DNA of 64,000 nt, taken from assembly GCA_047495785.1 (NCBI GenBank), contig JBLDXI010000033.1:2046001-2110000 (forward strand), read 5' to 3'. Within the stretch, counting starts at the first letter, position 1, and each line of letters opens with the position of its first letter. Under the pieces are notes generated by a model. That model was not told where the DNA came from and did no database searches. It saw only the letters and a program-made list of their open reading frames with translations. Source of the DNA: Lepidodermella squamata. Its lineage: Eukaryota; Animalia; Gastrotricha. A program made the translations under genes and the position numbers. Positions 53,609 to 64,000 of this stretch are shown here, in pieces.

Positions 53609-54755
53609 TTACAACGCGTGGATGGCTGTTAAAACCAGTGCTGCAGCTGTAATGATGGTGACCGACACTGATGGTAATGAAGCTAACGATTTGAGGGCTT
53701 CTGCAGTGATATTCACCACACTTTGAGATGAACCTGTGTAACTGTAACTTTGCGTTGTTGACTGAGAAGGGCTGGATGAGCTCGTAGAGTTATTCCCGGT
53801 TCTAAATCCGAAATTCCGAGTATATACATGCCTCAATTCCGAAGCTATAAGGACTTACTGAGCATCGTACAAGTTTGCCAATTTTGTCGCAGTGTCATCG
53901 CTGGTGAACTGGCAATTGCTGGTAGGGGTCTTGCTCAGGTCAAACTGAAAGCGAGCCATCCACCAAGGCAACTCGGAACTACGTGAGTTTGAACTATGGC
54001 GACATGAAAAATGAAATTTCAAGAGCCCCATTTGAATTGCTTTTTTACCAATTTTTCCGAAATTGGCTGACGATGCATCCTGTCCGGAGTTTGTATTCAT
54101 TGCAGTCCGATGAATTAATCGCAGGCAAATTGAATAGTGCTGCAACCTTTGAGTCGGCGAAAAACGATCCGAAGTCTTTAATCATGGGTATTTTCGGAAG
54201 GTATTTTTCGCATGGGTCGAATAGGTTCATGTAATTTGGACAGTCAGCTTCGACGTTAGCTGCGCCTAAATCAGAGGGAAAATGATCGTATCAAGAATTC
54301 ATCATTTAGGGAAAATGCCAACCTGACAGCCAAAGGGTGCAGCCGTAGTTGATGACTCGGAAATAATTATAGATCTGCGCAAATTAAAAACTCAGCTATA
54401 CTGCAGAATTCTCGTGCATTGAGCTTACCTGTAAGGCCACTGCCGCATCGCTATTCACTGATGCTTCTGACTCGCAGGCGGAAAAATTTCTCTGGTCGAT
54501 GCAATTTATTACCGGTTGCGACGTCCGACAAAGTGCATCGGTCAAATTTGACATTTCCACTTTCAAAGATTCGATGACTTTCGAGTCGCTGGAATTCTGG
54601 CTTGTAACAGCCGTGATATTGGTCAAAATTTGTTGGAGAGTAGGGTATGCATCAAGGCTTGTGCAGGGAGTGAATGTTTTCGCTCGAGTACACTCGTAAC
54701 TGTAACACAAGCCGACCATCAGGCTCAGAAATGCAAACAAATATCCCTGGTTCAT
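53609..54755 (-). CDS. Cys-rich surface protein, paralog C (signal peptide, Ser/Thr stalk, hydrophobic C-terminus); 5 exons
   Basis: GCTLW; DCNEYKLRTGCIVSQ; LPWWMARFQ; ends SLPSVSVTIITAAALVLTAIHAL*. Confidence 0.8.
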
Positions 54756-55411
54756 TTGTTAAAATATGCCTATAAATGGATATACATATTTATGTCACTA
54801 TCGGAATGGAAACAGTTTATTCTTAAGGTGGCTTTCGAACTTCAGACCATCAGACTGACTATTATGAAGCCCATACGCAAAATTGGTCGAACGTGATGGC
54901 TCATAATCGTGGTAGCTACCGCAATCAATATAATCTGAATGTGTCATGTATTGTTATGTTCAACGTTGCCATGGCGCGTGATGTTTGGATGGCGCGAAAT
55001 ACTCCCCAATTTTTGTGCGCCAACCAAAACATTGGGCATCAGGATCGATAACTCAATAACTGCATTCCAAATGAGCTGTCGCTTCTGTTGGCGCAGTAAA
55101 CTGGGCTACGGAATAACTGGTTTCAGCGACTGCCATCGGACTTCGCTGTGCTTTTATCCGTATCAACAAAGAACTAATGATTAACAGTAACAGAAAGTGT
55201 TATCCTTTCGCTTTTTATTTCAGGCAAGAAAAATTATATCTACAAACGAAGAACTGAATGTTATTGGCGTTTTCATCATCTCATAATCAGAAAGAACTGA
55301 AAACCGGTTGATTGCTTCGGGTTTGTTTTGAAAATTATATAATAATGAGATCAGATAAGTATTATTTATTGAATTAAAAAATTAATAAAGGCTAATGTCA
55401 ATGAGAGTTGC

Positions 55412-58400
55412 TCAATTTTTTGTTTCATTTGGTTTCTCTTCATCAGAAGACATGGACGATTGGTCTGCATCGGCATCCGTTTCTCGAGCAGTCGATACAT
55501 TACTATTGGAATTACCAGCTGCCGACGGTTTTCTCGCTGTTTCCTTGTCTTTAATAGCTGTCTCGCTGGAGGCTATTGTCTCATCATGACTAACATTTAA
55601 AGTCATCGGCTGGGGTTTTTCTTTTTGACTGGCACCACTCTTGTCGCTTTTGTTGCTTCTACTCGACGATGATGATGCCGCAGACGGGCTTTTAGGTTTG
55701 ACTTCTTCGAAAGGCGCGGCAGAGATAGTCTCTTGTTTCGTCGAATCAGCTGATCCATCATAGCCGCCAGCTTTCTCAATTTCTTTCAACTGTGTTTTCC
55801 TTTCGTTGTGACTAAGATTGCTGCTATCGCTACTACTGCTTTTTCTCGAAGTCAATGAAGATGCTGAAGTCGGGGTTTTCGGCTTAATCGCTTCGACAGG
55901 AGGCGCGACAGATATGTTTGTCTCTTCCTTCTGCATTGATAAAACAGTTCCAGAAGCCAGTGCGGCGTAGTTCGACCTATAGCTAGCCGCAGCAGGAACC
56001 CCATTTCTTGGCGTAGTATCTGTGGAAGAAGCAGTGCTGGTCACGGATGATTCGTCAGTTTCTCGAACAGTTCTTTGAATCAGGGGTCGATTTGCCGCAA
56101 AGGTAACTACTGCTACTTCAGGCTCATCTTCTAGTCTAGTCTCAACGACGCTTTTAGTCGTGCTCGCCTTTTCGGTATCAGTTTTTTCGACCTCACTATT
56201 ACTCGACTGAATGGATCGGCGTGAATGAGAGCTGGCACTTCCCGGTCGCTTTTGTGCCGGAGGAGCTGGAATGACGTTGCTGTTTTGCTCAGTGTTTCTG
56301 CTTTCACCGTCTTCTTCGGCCTTTTCTTCAGCCGATTTGTCACTCAAAGCGCTTAATGCGCGCTTTTTGCCATATCCTTTCACAGACTCTTCATCACTGT
56401 CTTCTTCATCATCGCCATCACCTTTTATGGGGTTCATTGGTGTCATTGGCGTTAGAGGTGTTTTCAACGACGTGACCATTGGTGTGGGAGCTGTTACCGT
56501 TGGTGTAGGTGGGATGACCCGCTGAATACCGATCGAAGCACCTAGATTCTTTTCAGGCGACTCGCCATGTGATACCGTCGAATCAGAACTGCTAGGCCGG
56601 TGGTTATTTCCAGCATTCAGTTTCTTCGCATCATCTTCGTCTTCAGAACTGTCCTCCTCTTCCACGAAGGTCTTGGCAGCTGGGGTCATTTGGAACTGCT
56701 GGGCTTGCTTGGCAGCTTCCCGGACAGCTTCAACGACGGTTTCAGACATTGCGGAAGGCATAATTCGTGATGTTGTAGGTTGGCTGTCATCTCCAGCCAA
56801 CAAAGTATTTTGTTTCGTCGACAGCGGTGATGGAGCGCGTTCAGATTCATCCTTCTCATCGTTGACCTCATTAGCCACTGCTGTCATTGGAGCAGGAGCA
56901 TCCTCTCCCTCCGCCTTCGATTTATCCCGCGCCGATTCCTTTTCTGAAATCCTTGATCCAGTGCTGTTCGTAGAAGGTGATTTTGCGGCGCTTCTGACAC
57001 TCGGCAAATCTTCGCCTTCCCGAGCTGAGGCTGCCGCGTTGCTGTGGATGGATGCAGCCTTTCCTATAGAGGCTTGCGAGTGCAGACTTGCAGGTCTTTC
57101 AGTTATCGCTGGCTCCGGGCGCACAGATGCAATAGAAGCCGTGCGCTCGGATACGACACTCTTCTTCGTCTCAGCCTCGAGTTTACTTTCAGAGGATGGT
57201 CCAGCAGCTTCTCCAATCTCAGAGCGTTTCATTGAAGATTCAGATTTAACGCTGAGAGTTGATCTAGCGGTATCGAGCTTCAGTTGACTGGTAGAATTAT
57301 TAGAGATTTTGCTGTTTTGTCTCTCCAGATCTGGTTTAGCATTTCCAACTGAAATGTTTGATCGGACGCTGAGCTGGGAACCCAACGTCTTTTGCTCAAT
57401 GCCAGCTAAGCTTCGATTTTCAGCTTTATCATCTGGCTTGAGGGACATCAACGAACCCCTAATGTTCGCAGTAGCTTCACTCCGATTCTGGGAGTGAATA
57501 GATCTAGGCGTTGCATCGATTTTCGAACCTGGTTTGGTTTTAGATGAGCTCGTGGATGAAGCAAGACTTATGTTATCGCCTTGCCCGTCAGCATCGGCCA
57601 ATTTGTTAGCTTCTACATTATTCATGGAATGCACCGATTTTGTGGCCAGGCTCTGACGGGATTCAGCTTTAGCCAATTTCGAGGATGATTTTGTCGACGA
57701 TAAACTCAGCGAGGAATCAGCTTTTGTTAATTGCGGCTTCGGCTGTGTTGAGGACTTTGATAGAGAACTGTCTTGTCGGTCCAAGATCGGATTCGGCTTT
57801 GATGCTGACGTGCTCGAAACACTGCTCGAATCAGATTTAGCTGTTTCCGGGACATCTGTTTCACCGTGAGCGCTGAGCGCATCTTGAACGCTCAAAGTTG
57901 ACCCAAACAATGTTAAGTTGTTATCTTCTGTCATCGTATCTTCTGCCAATTTGCTAACATTAGTTTCAGATGTCGCGCGTTGCAGCTCATCTTTCGCGCT
58001 TTGATCCTCTGACTTTTCAATATCTTGGGACTGAGTCGGCTTTGACGCCAGGCTTTGGCTCGATCCTGCTTTTGCCAATGTTCCAGTTGAGCTAAGAGCA
58101 ACAGAATTTTTCGACAAGTTACTAAGCTGCCGGTCCGCGATTTGCTGCCTCAGAGATCTCGTAGAGGAGGTGACGGCATGCGCTGCGTCTTCGGGCTTGA
58201 TGCTGCGCGGTGATTGTTGTGGTGATGGCTTCGCTGGGTCTTCTGGCTTGATGCTGCGCGGTGATTGTTGCGGTGATTGCTTCGCACCAACGACCAATGA
58301 TTTACGAGAATTGATGCTATCGGATCGGGCAGGTTGGGGTTCTGTTTTGAAAGACTTCACGGAGGCAGCGTCGCTATTCGCATCCTTCGCGCTTCTTCCA

Positions 58401-61400
58401 GATTCGGACGGCGCACCAGTTTCCCCTAGTTTAGGGAGAGACCTGACGCTCAGCATCGACCCGCCATGCTCAGATTTAATGTTACTTCTCACCGACGGAG
58501 CTTGAGATCGAGGGCTATCGGCTGGTGCAGTTTGCTTCACAGATTTCATTGAAGATGTAACACTTTTCGCCGTGGCAGCATCCGCATCTACAGAATTTTT
58601 AGCTTGAATGGCTTTCGAGGCATTGGTAGACGCTCTACTAGATGTGACACTCTGGACAGATTCGGCTTTGCTTAATTTAGGGCGATCTAGGCTTGAGACC
58701 GATTCTGCTTTCGTGATTTGAGCTGTTCCAGTACTTGTGACAGACTTCTTCGAAATCACACTATCCTGGCGACTTACAGCCGCCCTCGCAGTGGTTCCTT
58801 CAGTCCTCGAGGTGTCCACTGCATCAGACGGCAAATCAGTTTCCTCCATGTCAGTTCTCTGGCTTTGGTTGGTTAATGTTATACTTGCAGTCGCAGTCGG
58901 CACCTTTGACTGACCATTTGATCGCACACTTAGTGAGGAGCCAGCATTTTCGATGCCCTGTTTATGTAATGAATCGTTCGAGTCAGTCACAGCCAAATTA
59001 GCTCTGACTGAGTTGGTTGAGGAAGTCGGACTCGGCTGATTTTCAGCAGGAGCCTTGATTTCCGGAAGCATCGGCGATGATGATTTTATTAAAACAGGTG
59101 GCCGTGAAGCCTCAGCATTGTCGAACTCATGCTTCGGGGTAGCGGAATCCTTTTTCGCTTCCTCTTCACTTTCATCGCTACTACTTTCTGATTTATGTTG
59201 TTCGATTTTTAATGATGGAGCCGTGGATTTCTTTGACGACGCGGTAGCAGGTCGGTCCATCTTTGGTTTTGGCGACTCATCTTCATCTGAGCTTGATGCT
59301 GAATGTTGTTCGACCCGAGGAATCGCTGCGTTGTCAGACAATTTTGATTTTTCGCTGCTAGCAGATTTAGTTCGATTAGCCGTCAAGTCACTTGGTTCAG
59401 TCGTGAAAGTATCCTGTTGCTTAATGTCCGACTTGCTGGACGCAGCACTTTGATTTCGATGAGATACCGGCTTCGATGTAACATCTTTCTCATCTTCATC
59501 GGAGCTGGATGGCGAGGAATTTTTTACTGAGGGCACAGCTTTAGCCGTTGGGTTAGATTTGATGCTGATGAGACTGCGCGGAGAGGCGTTGGCCTCTTTA
59601 TCTTTACTAAACACTTCGGACTTCGCAGGCTTCTCAGGTTCAGTATTACTGCTGGACTTGATAGAATCAGATGAGCGATTACTGACTGGCGATTTCACTG
59701 GAGCTTTTTGTTCAACATCCCTTAGAGAGGGACTTCTCGCGACTACTGCGACGGACGATCTTTCCGTCTCGACACTTTGGCCCCTTGGTTGCGGCTTTTC
59801 GTCATCGTCAGACGAAGACGATGAATCGGGCTTTGCAGCAGCTTTCTCCGAGGTTGTTGACTTTCCGCTTTTGGGTCTTTGCGAGATTGAGACGGTAGGA
59901 ACAGTCGTAGACGGATGCTGCGAAGGCTGGGAAACTTTTCCTTCGTCATCACTTGAGTCAGACGACGAGCTTTCAACTTTTTTCACATTCCATCCTGACG
60001 GTTTCTCGGCTTCATCTGACGATGAAGAGTCGGATGCTGGTTTACTAGCAACGTGGGGTGGTGTCGGCGCTTTCTTCAGGAATGACTGGCCACTGCTAGG
60101 GCGATCACTAAGTAAAACAGCAGGTTCAGCTAATTTCGTGGCTGCTATCGTGTCACTTCTGTTTGAAGTCGCGCTATCAGGACGCCTTTCAACTGAAATG
60201 AGGTTCTTCCCCGCAGTCGGTGACTTCGAAGAGATGGATCCGATGCTGGCTGTTGGTTTTATTACAGGGCTGATAACACCACCCTTCTCTTCGCTGGTAT
60301 TCGATACTGGTCGAGATGCTGGCTTGGTCGGAGCAGGAGCTTGCTTAATCGCTTCATCCTCATCCGAAGACGACGATGAATCAGGCATGCCTTTGGCTTC
60401 TGCCCTAGTGGACGTTTTAGGTTTTTCACCCGCAATAGATGACTTCGCAGAGATGGACCCAACGCTAGCCGCTGGCTTTAGCACAGGGCTGATAGCGCCG
60501 GCCTTCTCTTCGCTGTTAATCGACACCGGTCGAGATGCTGGCTTGGTCGGAGCAGGCTTAATCGCTTCATCCTCATCCTCAGATGACGAGGAATTGTGCA
60601 TGCCTTTTCCTGCCGCAGCAGGAGTTTCAGGTTTTTCACCCGCAATAGATGACTTCGCAGAGATGGACCCAACGCTAGCCGCTGGCTTTAGTACAGGGCT
60701 GGCCACGCTAACTTTCTCTTCGCTGTTATTTGATAGTGGTCGAGATACTGGCTTGGTCGGCGCAGGACCTGGCTTAATCCCTTCATCCTCCGAAGACGAT
60801 GAGGCTTTAGCATCAGCCCTAGCAGCAGGCTTAGGTTTTTCATCCGCAACAGATGATTTCGCAGAGATGGACCCAATGCTGGCTGCTGGCTTTATTACAG
60901 GGCTGATAACACCACCCTTCTCTTCGCTGTTATTCGATACTGGTCGAGATGCTGGCTTGGTAGGAGCGGGACCTTGCTTAATCGCTTCATCCTCCTCCGA
61001 AGACGACGATGAATCGAGCATGCCTTTAGCTTTTGCTCCCCAAGCAGCGGCTTTAGGCTTTTCATCTTCACTGTCGGAAGATTGAACACTTTTGGATGGT
61101 TTCGCGGTAATTGGCTCGGCGGGCTTCGGCGATAGTTTCTCAGTCTCAACTGCTTGTAAAATAGGTTTACTTTGCTCTTTAGGCTGGATGATGTCCGAGA
61201 ACAATGAATCGTCGCTACTTGGACGGTCTTTAGCGGCCCAGCCAGCAACAACAGCAGGCTTCGCAACTTCTTTAGCCATCGGATCACCTTTCTTCGAACC
61301 AATGGATGATGCATTGCTGTCAGTCCTGTCAGCCGGCTTCTTCGTCGGAGCCGGTGGCGAAATGGCAGATTCTGTTGATTTCATCGCTGGCTGAACTCGC

Positions 61401-63464
61401 ACCTCCATATTTTCGGGCGTAATTCGTGGTTTAGACTCAACTGAAGGCTTAACTGCTGGCAGTGGTAATTTCCTGCTACCGACCTCAGAGGAAGACGATG
61501 AGCCAACATATCTTGCCGTCGGTGCATCAAAGCTTGGTGCCTGCATCATTCCGTTCGATCTGCTTGACTTTGTAGTAGCGGCAGATTGAGCTGTGTGACT
61601 GCTGCCAGCTTCAGAATCCGCACTTGGTCTGCGAAGAGGTTTGACCTCAGAATCAGCGCTTGGCTTACGTAAGCCTTTAGCCAACGGCGCTGGAGCGGTT
61701 TGCAGCCTGAAATAAGAACGTAAATGAATGTGTAAAAGCTTATTTTAGTAAATTTACAGAATCGATAGAAGACCGCCTTTTTCTTGCTTGGTTTTACTTT
61801 TATCTTGACCAGCGGGTGTTGTAGGAGCCCTCGTTGAAGCTCGACTGATAACGCTTTGTCCTGAGGATTGCGAAGTTCTGAGTGCATTGATATTATTGTT
61901 CTTCGACACTGCTGCATTAGGTTGAACGGATCTTTGCGATGAGCGCACGCCAGTCGAAGCTGAATCCACCGAACTATCTCGCTTTCTTCGTGCATTGTTA
62001 AAGAAACTGGGGTCTCGACTCCGCGAGTCACGAGGGGTAGGGCCACCTTTAGCTCGAACCAAGGTGTCGCCATCACCTACATCAGCATGGCTTCCGTAGA
62101 CCCGACTCGGCTCTCTCGCCACTCGTTTTACCGGAGGGATAACCACCCGATTTTTCCTCAGATTCGCCGAGTTAGCCTTTGGTTCTTGGTCTTTCGTCGC
62201 AGCATTTGCGTTCTTCTTAGCGAAAGACTTGTTCGAAGATTGCTGACTCGCTAAGCTTTTCTGGCTACGGCTTGTCAATTGATCAGTGCTGCTAGCCCGC
62301 TTCGGCTTTTTCGCCGCTACTGGAGGCGCTTGGCGGGGCACGGGAGTTGCTCTATTCCCCCACCGTCGACTTCGAGAAGAATTGGGGCCCCGAGTCAGCG
62401 CAAGGCACTCGTCGCTCACCGTTCGCTCGTGCATAATGCCGGGCCACTTGCCGTTGCGCTTGACAAACTTCTTGCCCGACATGGTCGACATGATACTGCC
62501 GCGATCGGAAGACCGGTTAGACATGCAGGAACTGCTCCTTGAGCGAATAAACTATGAAAAATGGATCGAAATGTATAGCAAAATATTCGTAACACTGAAA
62601 ACAAACTTCATCGATTTCGCGTTGCTCCTGTCGCTTTCGAGATTCAACTCGATCAGTGCGATGTTTCATAAACTGCGCGAAATCTTGCTCCATCTTTTTG
62701 AAGTCGAAGCTAGTTCTTACACCTGAAATGTACGAAACAGATGTGTTTGTGAATCTTGTTCGATTGAGACCTTACTTCTCAAACGTTGGCTCAAATCACT
62801 GTTTTCTTTTTGAATTTTTTGAAGGCGGAAAAATTCATCAGTGTGAGCTGCTTTGTTGTTGAAAACCACCTGACGCATGCGCTCGTCGCCAGACGTTAGC
62901 CGATTGTGAAAGGATGGTTTTACTGCCTCGAGGAGTCGATTGGCATAGGAATTTTTCCGAGCTATCTCCTCCAGGCCACGGAGTCTCTCCCGATACCAGG
63001 CATCTCTTGATAATTAAAAAAATTAAATGGGGCTATGAATTGAAAAGGGCTTATACCTTCTGCTTCTCTTAAAATGATCTTCGCTGTTCATGTCTTTCCA
63101 TGTGTCGATTTTCGGCTGAACCTGACTGATACGGTCGCGGTGACTTGCCCATGCCACGAGACGGCCGTAAACTAGATTAGGAAATCTATGCAAACATTGA
63201 TTACAGGGTTATTACAGATTTTTGTAATTTTTCTTACTTTCCAGGATTTCCTAGGGTGTTCTCGAACTCTGGCTCCACTGGTCGAGCAATCAGGTACAAG
63301 TTCTCCTCCATGGTCGATGTTATGATCGGTTTCGTCTGACGGGTTGCGTTCAAATACGATGGCGGAGGGACACGTCGACTCGGCGAGGATGACGCGTTAC
63401 TCGGGGCCCGGCCGTTATTTGTTACAGGAGGCAGCGTGCCCCGATGGCCAACAGCGGCAGCCAT
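55412..63464 (-). CDS. ~2600-aa protein: N-terminal CFAP97/KIAA1430 (Hemingway)-like domain plus giant Ser/Lys/Ala/Pro-rich disordered tail; 6 exons
   Basis: Exons join in frame through five GT-AG introns into the 256-aa and 2090-aa ORFs. Domain motifs HRDRISQVQPKIDT, EEIARKN and RLQKIQKENSDLSQRL.SVRTSFDFKKMEQDF. Confidence 0.75.
58190..58280 (-). repeat. Two-copy coding repeat (SPQQSPRSIKPED)
   Basis: GGCTTGATGCTGCGCGGTGATTGTTG occurs twice, 51 bp apart. Confidence 0.85.
60220..61060 (-). repeat. Four coding tandem repeats of about 204-219 bp (~70 aa)
   Basis: Unit SSSSEDEAIK.APTKPASRPVS.NSEEK...SPV.KP.AS.GSIS.KS; anchor GAGATGGA recurs near 60231, 60450, 60660 and 60864. Confidence 0.9.
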
Positions 63465-64000
63465 TTAGCGCGTATTGAAGTTAAATATTTCAACTTCCTT
63501 AAAATCGCGTTTATAACAATAGAATTCTTCGAGTTTCGCCGATTTCTTACTATATGTTTATCACGATTGTAAGCTCGTGCCTGTTTATTAAGCAGTTGTA
63601 TAGGTTTGTGCTCATCGCCTGAGCGAGCATCCGTTGCCAAGGTGCGACCAGCTTAATCTGTAAATAATTAAACGCCCAAGGAAAGACCTTTATTCAGTGT
63701 GGCATGCGCACTTTCCCCATAGCAGCAACTTATTCTGCTCGAAGACATCGATTTCACAGTTAAAGCTACACACCATCGATCGGCGCGTATCGTCAATATA
63801 TACCGACCGAAGCCGCGGTCTAATGGAGGTGGCACTTTTGGTGTAGGCGCATTACAAGTGTGACGACGGGTGGTCAAGCCCATCGCGTCCAGTTGTTTAT
63901 ACCTATACACACCATCTATTTGTTTTATGCTTGATCGCTTTATTTTTTTGTTGATCTGGTGCGCTTTGTGTACTCCTGCGCTAGCTGATCAATTTCTCAG

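Noticed and set aside
59559-61085. 508-aa plus-strand ORF
   Set aside because: Antisense shadow of the repetitive 2090-aa exon, with no independent gene signals.
1-64000. CRISPR arrays or prokaryotic defence systems
   Set aside because: Spliceosomal-intron animal DNA; no repeat-spacer array or bacterial-like gene seen.

Overview
Compact animal (metazoan) genomic DNA. Most introns are short GT-AG introns of roughly 45-70 nt; the species cannot be named from sequence alone. 1-21.4 kb is a run of eight co-oriented (+) housekeeping genes: NFYC, USP24-like, GANAB, TM9SF4, HIBCH, TMEM14, PAK1IP1, PMVK. The last four are separated by only 88-128 bp and most start codons follow an apparently unpaired splice acceptor, which suggests an operon resolved by trans-splicing. 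Next come a 4.3-kb non-coding block, a neuronal calcium sensor gene, a tRNA-derived SINE with a 17-bp TSD, an unknown Ser-rich gene, RTE-type LINE fragments and an N-terminally extended NDUFA11. A ciliary cluster follows (IFT80, CIMIP2C/FAM166C, WDR49-like), then a PHF7/G2E3-like gene and an inverted repeat carrying degenerate hammerhead-ribozyme cores. The window ends with three tandem paralogs of an unrecognised Cys-rich secreted family (two GPI-type, one soluble) and a ~2600-aa gene joining a CFAP97/Hemingway-like domain to a giant repetitive disordered tail. All gene models were spliced by eye and all family calls come from recalled motifs, not database searches.
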